The position numbers were made by a program, and so were the translations under genes. This document shows positions 1-8,699 of a stretch of 64,000 nucleotides of DNA, piece after piece; position 1 is the stretch's first letter, and every line of letters begins with the position of its first letter. This DNA is from a virus, in the IMG/VR virus record IMGVR_UViG_3300031420_000003, positions 1-64,000 of that record, one strand, 5' to 3'. The notes below the pieces were generated by a model. The model did not search any database, was not told where the DNA came from, and saw only the letters and a list, made by a program, of their open reading frames with translations.

Positions 1-1
1 T

Positions 2-19
2 GGTGGGCCGAAGCCCACC
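2..19 (-). terminator. Probable intrinsic terminator hairpin (U-tract would lie outside the window)
   Basis: ggtgggc-cgaa-gcccacc, a C(UUCG)G loop on the minus strand, just past the stop of 25..273. Confidence 0.55.
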
Positions 20-24
20 GTTAT

Positions 25-273
25 CTAGCCTGCACAAAATGACTCATGGACAACGCCCGCCGGTAAGTCGGTACGACCGATACAGGTAACGCTCAGGCGG
101 ATGCCTTCTTCGCAGCTACCATCACAGTCGTCTTCCCAACAGCCACCACTTGTCCAGTGTCCGTATTTCGGACGAGTGTTCCGCGCAGCGCCCCGGTTAG
201 AGGCGGCCACGACAATGGAATCGTACTCATCGTAATCTACGTCATCGAGTCTTTTCAGCAAATACAAGTTCAT
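25..273 (-). CDS. Small hypothetical phage protein (82 aa)
   Basis: AGGAG SD before ATG; followed by a hairpin. Confidence 0.75.
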   Translation of the reverse strand: MNLYLLKRLDDVDYDEYDSIVVAASNRGAARNTRPKYGHWTSGGCWEDDCDGSCEEGIRLSVTCIGRTDLPAGVVHESFCAG

Positions 274-345
274 AATGTTCTCCTAAGCAATTTACGTCCG
301 ATTGGACAGCGTGCTTTTGGATACAGTGAACTTGCAGGCTAAATT

Positions 346-480
346 TTATTTCTCTTCAGGTTTACGGTTAGGTCGAGTGGATGCGTGCCGCTCATCGAGA
401 TAAGCTACTGCGCCCTGTCGCTCTACGTAACGTCGACCTTTGTCGTCGGTCAACACCGGAGAGTTAATTTTCTTTTTCAT
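346..480 (-). CDS. 44-aa hypothetical protein, probable paralog of 577..777
   Basis: Manual translation MKKKINSPVLTDDKGRRYVERQGAVAYLDERHASTRPNRKPEEK; shares RRYxxRxGAxxxLD with 577..777. Confidence 0.6.
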   Translation of the reverse strand: MKKKINSPVLTDDKGRRYVERQGAVAYLDERHASTRPNRKPEEK

Positions 481-576
481 ACTCACTTCCCAACCCATCA
501 CTCACGTCTTGCGACATGCGGTGTTAGCATCGAGGGCCAGATGGGTTAATCCGGGTCGTCTCATGCCGAGGTTGGG

Positions 577-777
577 TTACTTGCTCTTGCCGCGTTTCTT
601 CGGCTTGAGGATAACTTCGATTGTGCCGGTAGACTTCGCCGTCACATTTGCACAGCTTGCGTAGAACGATGCGCCTTTGTCAGGTTCATCGTCTAAGCAC
701 AGACGAGCACCACCGCGTTTAAGATACCGACGGTTGGTTTCCTCGTCATGGATGAAAACCATGTCGGTCTTTGCCAC
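577..777 (-). CDS. Small basic hypothetical protein
   Basis: ORF 577..792; GAGGAG SD favours the in-frame GTG at 777. Confidence 0.65.
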   Translation of the reverse strand: MAKTDMVFIHDEETNRRYLKRGGARLCLDDEPDKGASFYASCANVTAKSTGTIEVILKPKKRGKSK

Positions 778-819
778 AGTGTTACTCCTCATGAGTGTTT
801 ATACGGATGCTCTGCCCCG

Positions 820-870
820 TTAACGCAGGCGCTCTAACGGCTGAAGAGAACGACGTTGCTCTTCGCGCAT
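820..870 (-). CDS. 16-aa micro-ORF MREEQRRSLQPLERLR
   Basis: GGAGGT SD 5 nt upstream of the ATG, in the gap between two genes. Confidence 0.4.
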   Translation of the reverse strand: MREEQRRSLQPLERLR

Positions 871-895
871 AACACACCTCCGTCTTGTAAAAAGA

Positions 896-1636
896 TTAGC
901 GGTCGGTTGTTTCACCCACACTCGGATTAATCGAGGTGACGAAATCAAACGTGTTCGTTCTCATCGTGGATTTGTGGTAAGTACGAACGAGTTCGTTAAT
1001 CGCCTTGAGGACACCGTTGATGCCTTCGTGGTACGTTACACAAACCGGAATACGATAATGGCCGGCACCCGGATTGAGTTTACCAACAACCGCCACTGCT
1101 ACGTCGTTTGGAAAACGCATGAACTGCAGCGATTCAAAATCCCGCTCGAGCAATGCGGCGTACTGGTTGTGGTATTCGTCGTCGGCTGAACGAATCCACT
1201 CCACGAACTGGGCAACTGGCATTGCTTCGCCGTCGACCACAAAATCGCACTCGGGTGGATTACGCTTTGCCACAAAATCCCACAGGGGGCGAGCTGCGCG
1301 TGGCTCGTGTATTGGACTATCACGCGCGATGCGGTTCATCAGCAACGTCAGTGCACTGGCAAGCATGCGATGGTAAACCTCGACATCGTCGCTTTTGTCG
1401 CCGCGACCTTGTTCGATACACACATCCTTGCCGGCCCCGCCTGCTGTAATCGTGAGCCAGCGGTCAGGCACGTCCTCAGCCGGATGTTTACGGTGACCCA
1501 GATACACGCCGAATACTTCGGCCATCAGGGCGTCGATAACCGAAGAGTCTTTGGTCTTCAACCAATCGGGCATGCCAAGAACATCGATGGTTCGGCTAAG
1601 CGACAGGTTCTTGTTGAGATTGCTTTGGTCAATCAT
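896..1636 (-). CDS. Hypothetical protein (246 aa)
   Basis: Long ORF with AAGGAG SD. Confidence 0.8.
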   Translation of the reverse strand: MIDQSNLNKNLSLSRTIDVLGMPDWLKTKDSSVIDALMAEVFGVYLGHRKHPAEDVPDRWLTITAGGAGKDVCIEQGRGDKSDDVEVYHRMLASALTLLMNRIARDSPIHEPRAARPLWDFVAKRNPPECDFVVDGEAMPVAQFVEWIRSADDEYHNQYAALLERDFESLQFMRFPNDVAVAVVGKLNPGAGHYRIPVCVTYHEGINGVLKAINELVRTYHKSTMRTNTFDFVTSINPSVGETTDR

Positions 1637-1679
1637 GATTAGCTCCTTGAGTTTTATACACAGGGAGGAACTAACCCGT

Positions 1680-2440
1680 AAAAAATATCAGCTAGGTGCC
1701 GACGCTTCTCAGCGAGGACACCCACCCCTCTCGTCTTCCCGAGCCGCCAAGATAGTCTGGACCACCTCTTCACTCTGGTGCCCTCCCCCTCAGAAGGCAC
1801 ACCATGCTCTTGGCCACGCCTTGGGGGAGCAGGCCAGCCACCCAACGCAACTGTGCAACCAGTTGGCGGATGCCGAACGCAGCGTACTCTGCGCGCCGAC
1901 CTAGCTCACTCCCAAGACTGCCACGGTACCTGTCAAGATTTCAGATGCGGTAACCCGCAACCCTAAACCGCCACCGCGTGCCGCTCAGCTTAACGGCGAC
2001 GGTGGGTAAGACAGGAACCTGAACTCTGCCCGTAGGCGAAGTCGTGTTGCACCGTTTTCCAATGTCCTCGTGAGAAGGCATTCGAAAAAGGCCCCCGCGT
2101 AAGGGGCAAGGCAACTGGTACTGGCATGTGCAACCTGAATACACATGTCAGGGGTCTTCGCTGGTTCGTAGTCCAGTCGAAGATACTAGCAGCTGGCGCT
2201 AGTCTGGTTACGTTTCCCGATTGCTCGTGAAACCGAATGCGTTTCGCCATAGATAATAACTCACGGCGTTTGGAAAAGTTCGGTGGGCTGTTACACCCAC
2301 CGCCAAGCTCGGACAGTGGCTGGGGTCAATCTCGATTTGGAAAGCGAGACTCATGGACTACGGCAAGCATCGCCAATGACCAATCGGTTGGATGCGGAAG
2401 TCTCTCTGGATGTTTTGGCTCAACATCGCGATTTGCATAG
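1680..2440 (-). ncRNA. Candidate large structured non-coding RNA (~750 nt)
   Basis: No convincing ORF; more than 12 stems including long-range helices 1690-1705/1893-1906 and 1925-1934/2010-2019; G-U pairs and a C(UACG)G loop favour the minus strand; TATG at the 5' end and U6 at the 3' end. Confidence 0.55.
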
Positions 2441-2487
2441 AATACTACACACCCCTGTAAAAAATCCGACAGGGGGATTTACCCCCC

Positions 2488-2670
2488 GATCAATCCTCTC
2501 CCAGATAAAATCTCTTAATAAGGATCACGCACGCGGGCGGGCGCGGTATAATGATCTTATTCTAATTATAATAAATTATAATTATAATAATTTATATATA
2601 AAACAAAAAGATCCCTGTAGGAAATGGCGTGCGTACGCGCACGCGTATATAGAAGGGATCACTTAGGATC
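2488..2670. other. Candidate replication origin or packaging-related cis element
   Basis: Six GATC in 183 bp; 53-bp nearly pure A/T core with a 14-bp palindrome; symmetric ACGCACGC/GCGTGCGT flanks. Confidence 0.45.
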
Positions 2671-3117
2671 ACAACTTGTTGTTTTAAAAGGAATTTTTTA
2701 AGAAGTGAATAAGTAATTGATTTATAAGTATTTTTTAAAATTAGATAAAGAGAATTACCAAGGAAAACAAACACTTAGCAGAGAGACTCAAGAGATTTCG
2801 TCTCTCAAGGCTAAGCCATTTTAAATCCCCCTAAATCGCGCAAGCGCTAGTGTATTTTTGATCGGCGCGGCGGCGTCGGCCAAACGGGATTTCGCATCCC
2901 GGCGATTTTGCGATTCCCAAATCCTCCCCGCAAACTTTGCCCCCAACCCACTCTAAAACGCACTGTACGCCACGCTGTGGCCCGTTCTCCCCTTCACCTA
3001 TCCGAATGTACCGGGTCAGAATGAAAGCCCTGAGAATGCTTTTCAGTGCGGTTTCTGAAAGGGGATAATCGCTGGTTAAAAAATAACCAATGCTTAGTGC
3101 CAGAAGGGGCTTGAGGC

Positions 3118-3154
3118 AAAAAAAAAAGAAATGAGTTCCACCCTATGGGTGGAA
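3118..3154 (-). terminator. Intrinsic terminator
   Basis: ttccaccc...gggtggaa stem followed on the minus strand by a U10 run; a second hairpin lies at 3160-3188. Confidence 0.65.
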
Positions 3155-3199
3155 AGGAAAGTCGGCGCTCAGAAGAGACGCGCCGACTCAGATACTGCA

Positions 3200-3703
3200 T
3201 TAGGCATGTATCGTGTTACCATCCAGAGCGAGCTGAATTGGTTTGACCCAAATCCCTGCCTCGCCCATGACGTTCATGTCCCAATGGCTGAACATGCTCA
3301 GCTGGTAAGGTACGTTCACGCCTTTCATCATCAGGAACTGCCACACAGCGTCGAAACGCTCTTTGGTGATGAACATCATGCCACCATCAAAGCCTGAACT
3401 GAAGTCCAGGAAGTTGCCGATGCCGTTGTCAAACGACCCCACACCGTCCTGCGTCAGGGCAACCAGTCCGGCCATGATGTCCGGTTGGCGATCCATGAAG
3501 TCACAGAACTCAACGATGGTCAGGCGACCTTCGAGTCGACGGAGTACCGCTGCTGCCGCCAGCAGTTGTGACCCATCGAAATAAACATGCGGGTGGTGAT
3601 TGAGAATGGCGGTGATGATATACTGGTCGCAAAGTTCCACCAGTCTGCGGTCTTGGCAGACGATGTTTACTGCGGGCCTCATCGTTGGTGTTGCGGTAAG
3701 CAT
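3200..3703 (-). CDS. Hypothetical protein (167 aa)
   Basis: GAGG SD; directly downstream of 3716..4852. Confidence 0.75.
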   Translation of the reverse strand: MLTATPTMRPAVNIVCQDRRLVELCDQYIITAILNHHPHVYFDGSQLLAAAAVLRRLEGRLTIVEFCDFMDRQPDIMAGLVALTQDGVGSFDNGIGNFLDFSSGFDGGMMFITKERFDAVWQFLMMKGVNVPYQLSMFSHWDMNVMGEAGIWVKPIQLALDGNTIHA

Positions 3704-3715
3704 TATAAAATTCCT

Positions 3716-4852
3716 CTATGCAATGAGAGACTGCTTTGTGTGGTCGGCGAAGTGCAGTCCAATACGCTGAAGGCTGTACCCCGTTGCAAAGTAAATCAAC
3801 GGTTCGAGCACGCGCACAAACCCATTGGGGTCTAATGCGTCAACAGAGTAGGGAGATTCAAATCGCCAGTGTTCGACCTGACCACCGATTCCCATTTCCG
3901 CCCCATATACACCGGGTTCTACTCCCTTGCGGAATGTGAATAGGATAGCGCCAGATTCAGCATCACGGCCACAAATTACCTCCTCCTCGAGGGTAATTCG
4001 TGCACGGGTACAACGCGTCGACGTGAGCATTGCGTTGCGGGGTTGTGGAGATGGCGCGAAGAGATACGGGCCATCGTATGCCGGGGTGTTGAGAGCACCC
4101 ATGTCGTCGAGGGCGCTACTTCGATGCACAATCGGGTTCTTGTAGTTGCAAAGCCTTTGACCATCAGTGTACATCGTGAACTGGACTTTCACACGCGTCC
4201 CGACTAAATCGTCCAAACGTAACTTGGCATTTTGCAATTGGGCTTGGACATGTCGGGAGATTTTGTCAGCCAAGAACACGTTGTTATTATCGGAGCACAG
4301 GACATACCCGTACTTGGTACAGGCAAGGATTGTGCACACGACATAACGCTGGGGTTCGAGACTGTACTTCTTCCCGTTGGTTCGTTCTACGACAAAGAGC
4401 GAAACCTGATAATTACGGGATTGCATTCCAACGGTGGATTTGACGTTACAGGCTTGCAGCAGAATCGGTTCCACCACTTCGACTTTGAACGGCAGTGCCG
4501 TTTTCGGTCGACGGCTAAAGGTGTAAACCGTAATGGTACGGACCTTCTCATCGTCCATGGCTGGATCTCCACTCAACCACCACGTTAACCATTTCGCGGT
4601 GTTTTGTGGAATACTCTCGGTCGTGTGGATTATCACCTGACCGACGATGCCCGCATCGAACAGCGTGCGTGCAAAGGTTGAGTTCAGTACGTGGTGTTCA
4701 CCGTTTACCAATACCGGTAAACCGGCGACTTCGCGGATTTCGCAAAGACACCCGTGGGGTTGTATCCAGAGCTTGACTTGCTCATCAGGTTTTATTTCCT
4801 GCTTTCGCATCTGGTCGAACCAGTCGACCTTGCGCAGTAGTTCACCAGACAT
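3716..4852 (-). CDS. Hypothetical protein with a possible degenerate ATP-dependent DNA ligase (NTase plus OB) fold
   Basis: AAGGAG SD; motif-like segments IQPHGCLC, VGQV, VYTFS and DLVGTRVKVQF...YKNPI, with no KxDG lysine. Confidence 0.55.
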   Translation of the reverse strand: MSGELLRKVDWFDQMRKQEIKPDEQVKLWIQPHGCLCEIREVAGLPVLVNGEHHVLNSTFARTLFDAGIVGQVIIHTTESIPQNTAKWLTWWLSGDPAMDDEKVRTITVYTFSRRPKTALPFKVEVVEPILLQACNVKSTVGMQSRNYQVSLFVVERTNGKKYSLEPQRYVVCTILACTKYGYVLCSDNNNVFLADKISRHVQAQLQNAKLRLDDLVGTRVKVQFTMYTDGQRLCNYKNPIVHRSSALDDMGALNTPAYDGPYLFAPSPQPRNAMLTSTRCTRARITLEEEVICGRDAESGAILFTFRKGVEPGVYGAEMGIGGQVEHWRFESPYSVDALDPNGFVRVLEPLIYFATGYSLQRIGLHFADHTKQSLIA

Positions 4853-4895
4853 GATAACTCCTTATGATTTAAAAAGATTTATAGGTGTATACTAT

Positions 4896-4914
4896 CACAT
4901 TTATAATATCTATC
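4896..4914 (-). promoter_or_regulatory. Phage promoter motif GATAGATATTAT-N4-GTG
   Basis: One of five intergenic copies, each upstream of a minus-strand gene. Confidence 0.7.
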
Positions 4915-4937
4915 CGTAAAAAGTTAGAGGTTCCCCT

Positions 4938-6266
4938 ATGCCAGAGTTACAGTATGATTTTAATCGGGGTGGATATGTCGAGGGCGGACACCGGAGTCAT
5001 GTCCCCTATGGTCAGCGCCATTGGGACGACGACGATTACGATGACGAGCAGAAGATTGCCACGGAATCGTTGAAGAACCCGGCCCTGCTCAAAGCGTTTG
5101 ATGAAGCGTTCAAGAAGGTCACGTTTAACAAACAGCTCTGCACACGAATCATGCATTACGTTTCGGGTGTTTTTTCTCGCGAGGGAAATATCGAGTGGTT
5201 TGGCTCGAACCTGCTTGGCGTACACACCATTCGTTTTTTCGATACCGATCGCTATGCCCTGTTTGACCAAGTGCTCGTGGTGGATGAGGATTTGCTGACC
5301 GAGCTTATCACCAACACCAAAACGGTTGACCCGTCGTGGAACGTGGCGTCTGATACCATGAACCTGACCGTTGCGTACATGGTGCATCGCATGATGCCGA
5401 TGTTCGGGGACAAAGACTTTCACAAAGCCGCCGTTGAGATTGTGAAGCTGCTGCAGTTTAAGTTTTACTCGAGCATCTACTACCACTTCTTCCCGAAGCC
5501 GGTCGACATGCCCGCCGCCGAAGCGACCTACTCCCAGCTTTCCCTGAAGTTCGACATCCGTCGGTTGGGTAACTGGGGTGCGCATATCGAGCAACGTGCC
5601 CAAGACTTCTGCTCCAAAGAGTCTCCGCACTGGGAGACCATCAAGAAGTTCGACCAACCCGGGTTACTGATTCGCTTTATCACCGACTTAAACACCCGTA
5701 CCAAACAAACGGTCAAGGACTACTACGCGGTCCTCGATCGGGTACGTCGTGAGAACAGCCGTGTGATTACCCAGTCTGCCCGTGTGGAGCTGGACGGTGA
5801 ATCGATTATCCGCGACAAGGTTACCGCGTTTAACACCGCCAAACAGAACCTGTTCGATGCGTCTTACAGCATCAATAACCTGTACAAGGAAGAGTTGGCC
5901 CGCGTGGTACTCGAGATGGTGCCTAAAGCGTCCCCTAACGCCCTCAAAACGCTTTTGCTCTACATTGCAGACTTACCCCTTGGCAAGAAGCGTCAAGAGG
6001 TAGAGGCGATTATGGAGGACACCCTGAGCCACTCGTTTGATTTGATTGTGGCCAACCGCATTAACTTCCGTGATGTTGCTGCGCTTCTCAACCGGATGCG
6101 GGCACTCTATCAAGCCGCCAAGGCCTCGAACGAATACGTGCTTTCTCTGCGTAAGCGTATCGAAGCGCTGGCCAAGAAAGAGACCCACCTGCGAGACGAC
6201 GCTGCCCTTTCCGCTGTGCGTACTGCCCTTCTCTTGTACTTCTTAGTCCGCGCTATCGCGGTCTAA
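4938..6266 (+). CDS. Hypothetical jumbo-phage protein (442 aa), possibly virion associated
   Basis: Long ORF with GAGG SD next to the terminase; no recognisable motif. Confidence 0.75.
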   Translation: MPELQYDFNRGGYVEGGHRSHVPYGQRHWDDDDYDDEQKIATESLKNPALLKAFDEAFKKVTFNKQLCTRIMHYVSGVFSREGNIEWFGSNLLGVHTIRFFDTDRYALFDQVLVVDEDLLTELITNTKTVDPSWNVASDTMNLTVAYMVHRMMPMFGDKDFHKAAVEIVKLLQFKFYSSIYYHFFPKPVDMPAAEATYSQLSLKFDIRRLGNWGAHIEQRAQDFCSKESPHWETIKKFDQPGLLIRFITDLNTRTKQTVKDYYAVLDRVRRENSRVITQSARVELDGESIIRDKVTAFNTAKQNLFDASYSINNLYKEELARVVLEMVPKASPNALKTLLLYIADLPLGKKRQEVEAIMEDTLSHSFDLIVANRINFRDVAALLNRMRALYQAAKASNEYVLSLRKRIEALAKKETHLRDDAALSAVRTALLLYFLVRAIAV

Positions 6267-6316
6267 AAAAATAAAGAGAAATACCCCCGACCTGAGTCGG
6301 GGGTATTAATTTTTTG
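6265..6316. terminator. Bidirectional intrinsic terminator
   Basis: aatacccccgac-ctga-gtcgggggtatt flanked by A- and T-runs between convergent genes. Confidence 0.8.
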
Positions 6317-6327
6317 GTGGTGCAGTA

Positions 6328-6582
6328 TTAGGCAACCTTCACCGCCGATTCAGCCGCCACTACTGCCGCCTGATGCATTCGATAAACTTGTGACATGCCG
6401 TAATTAGAAGCCATTCCGGCAACCAGAACAAACGAGATGACGATAACCTTACAGCGGGCAATAGCTACCACGCCTAAACGTTCCCGTCGACCGTAGTCCC
6501 GGACAGCGTGTAAAAGGTGCGTTGCAATAGCAAAAACAATGCCCCACACAATGAACACACTTATAAAGTAAAATACAGTCAT
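6328..6582 (-). CDS. Small membrane protein with two predicted transmembrane helices
   Basis: Two hydrophobic stretches separated by a basic loop; ATGA overlap with the terminase stop. Confidence 0.65.
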   Translation of the reverse strand: MTVFYFISVFIVWGIVFAIATHLLHAVRDYGRRERLGVVAIARCKVIVISFVLVAGMASNYGMSQVYRMHQAAVVAAESAVKVA

Positions 6583-8687
6583 GAATTCATCCTTTGCCGC
6601 TGGATCAAGTCCTTAAGACTTTCCATCGATGCGACATTTCGCATATCAGTGTTAAGTTGACTGACAAGGTGCTGAAGCCTATTCTTCAACTGCATGGTCT
6701 TCACTGGGCATGCAACCCCCTGCATGCTACGGATGACCGCCTCAATCTCACCCATCAGCTGTTGTTGTTTTTGTTCTTCCTCCACCAACTTTTCTTCATC
6801 TTGAGTATCACCTCCTTCGAGCATGGTTTTGTTACGGATCATCAAACGGTGATTGGAAATCTCATAGTGACCGAGATTCTTACCGAAAATGAGCAGCCAC
6901 ATAGCCAGCAGCCAAGAGATAACCAAGTCATCGTGCCCTGAACGTTGGTGGTCTATACGTCCACTACGTTCGACCAAACTGAGAATCTGGTCTATCAGTT
7001 CCCCAGACCGGATGAGGTGCGCAGACAAACGCAAGGCCATGGTAAAGACTTCACCATAAAGCTTAAGGCGTTTGTTCTGATCCGTAGAGAAGCCAATGTA
7101 CTTACGGAACTTATCCCAGAACTTCTCTGGGAAATTGCCCGGACCACGATGGTACTCTTTAAAGAGGTCATCGTTACGACTAAAGTCCTGGGTAATGCGC
7201 ACATACAGACGTCGGTGTAAATCACGGACCTTGGATTGCAGCTGCAAGATAATCGCATCGGCAACCGAAGACCCTGTACTACGTCTTTCGAGAATCAAAA
7301 CAGTATTCTCATATTTTATCATGAAATTCGCGAGGTGAATGGCGAAGCCGATAACGTTGGTTTCGTTTACGGTTAATTTACCCGCCATCTCGGCAGTCTC
7401 GGAATTCACAATCGACATTGCGATGGCATCTCGACCCACGGCTTCGGAGGTATCCAAACCGATGATGTGTCGTGCTCGCAACTTGCTGCCTAATTCAGAC
7501 TCCTTATAATACCAGTCGGTGACATAACCCGACGCGGAGATATCTTTGAACTCGGCACGCGTACGTGACTTCGTCATCCTTGCCGCATCTTCTTCAGAGA
7601 ACGGCTTGTTCAGTCCACCTGTGGTCCACTGACCACCGTAGTCACGACGAATCTGGTCGGGTGTACCGGTGGCGTTGGCAATCATGCCTGCTAACTCTTC
7701 GTCACTGGTGCCCAGCTGTTGGTGCGTGAACTTCACGTAGAACATGATACGCGGGATACGGGCGGTGGAGTTCAGTCGAATCAAATCGATTAACTCTTTG
7801 CGCGACGGGATATCGATATAGCGCTCATCCCACATAATCCCCGAGGTCATCAGTTCGTACATGAACTTGCCTTCCTCGGTCGCCAAGTCACCCGGCGTTG
7901 TGGCGAACACGTTGCCGTAGGGTACCCCGTTCTCTTCGTTGATACGACGCGCCGCGGTACCGGAACCCAGTGCGGCGGGTAAGATGTCGTGAATGTGTTT
8001 GGTGAAGGGGCCTTCATCCGAGAACAGACGGCCGGCGGTGAGTCCACGACCCACACCGTTCGCTGACTGCTGGTCGTTCTGACCAATCGCGGTAATCAGT
8101 TTGTTCCCCATGGCCAGACAGGCAAACGACTCTTTGTTGTCCGGGTCATCTTTGTGAATCGGCCACAGGTAATCCGGCAGACCGTCACGCAGACGTTTCA
8201 AGGTGTTGATGGTTTCCTCACGCAGTACCGGCCCTTTGGTGACATGGATGGTACGCGAGTTTTCCAGAAAGCGCAGAAGCCACGATTCCAGTGAGGCCAC
8301 ACCGATGGTTTTACCGTGCTGACGGAGGAACTCCAGCGCGACGTCGATGTTGTTAAAGAAAATCCAGTAGAGCGCAAAGTTACCGCGGTCTATTTTAAAC
8401 GGGACACCGGTTGAACCATCTGCCGGAACGCGTAAGCATTCACGGAAGTAGTACCACGGGTTCTCTGCACATTCGTGAACGATGTCCGCCTTTTGTTGAA
8501 TCGTCAGATTAGGGTCAAACGGGTCAACGTCTTTCAGGTCGGGATTGTGCAACGCAAGATGCAGGTAATAGTGTTGTACCCCCAACCCCAGCAACGTATC
8601 CGCAAATCCTAAGAAGTGCTTGTTACGTGTGTTGTCGTGGATAATCGCACCGGGATGGCTTCCCCAATCCGATTCGCGTAAGATCAT
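6579..8687 (-). CDS. terL: Terminase large subunit (phiKZ gp25-like)
   Basis: Walker A RQHGKT, Walker B LFSDE, TTPG motif III, nuclease motifs IGLDTS and HDDLVIS. Confidence 0.93.
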   Translation of the reverse strand: MILRESDWGSHPGAIIHDNTRNKHFLGFADTLLGLGVQHYYLHLALHNPDLKDVDPFDPNLTIQQKADIVHECAENPWYYFRECLRVPADGSTGVPFKIDRGNFALYWIFFNNIDVALEFLRQHGKTIGVASLESWLLRFLENSRTIHVTKGPVLREETINTLKRLRDGLPDYLWPIHKDDPDNKESFACLAMGNKLITAIGQNDQQSANGVGRGLTAGRLFSDEGPFTKHIHDILPAALGSGTAARRINEENGVPYGNVFATTPGDLATEEGKFMYELMTSGIMWDERYIDIPSRKELIDLIRLNSTARIPRIMFYVKFTHQQLGTSDEELAGMIANATGTPDQIRRDYGGQWTTGGLNKPFSEEDAARMTKSRTRAEFKDISASGYVTDWYYKESELGSKLRARHIIGLDTSEAVGRDAIAMSIVNSETAEMAGKLTVNETNVIGFAIHLANFMIKYENTVLILERRSTGSSVADAIILQLQSKVRDLHRRLYVRITQDFSRNDDLFKEYHRGPGNFPEKFWDKFRKYIGFSTDQNKRLKLYGEVFTMALRLSAHLIRSGELIDQILSLVERSGRIDHQRSGHDDLVISWLLAMWLLIFGKNLGHYEISNHRLMIRNKTMLEGGDTQDEEKLVEEEQKQQQLMGEIEAVIRSMQGVACPVKTMQLKNRLQHLVSQLNTDMRNVASMESLKDLIQRQRMNS

Positions 8688-8699
8688 ACAGTCCTCCCG

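Noticed and set aside
1680-2440. tRNA, tmRNA, group I/II intron or CRISPR array
   Set aside because: No cloverleaf with T-loop and CCA end, no interrupted host gene, and no regularly spaced direct repeats were seen by eye
1654-2666. Short ORFs 1654..1845, 1990..2250, 2237..2440 and 2283..2666 as proteins
   Set aside because: No convincing SD sequences, atypical composition, and they cross the stem-rich or AT-core elements
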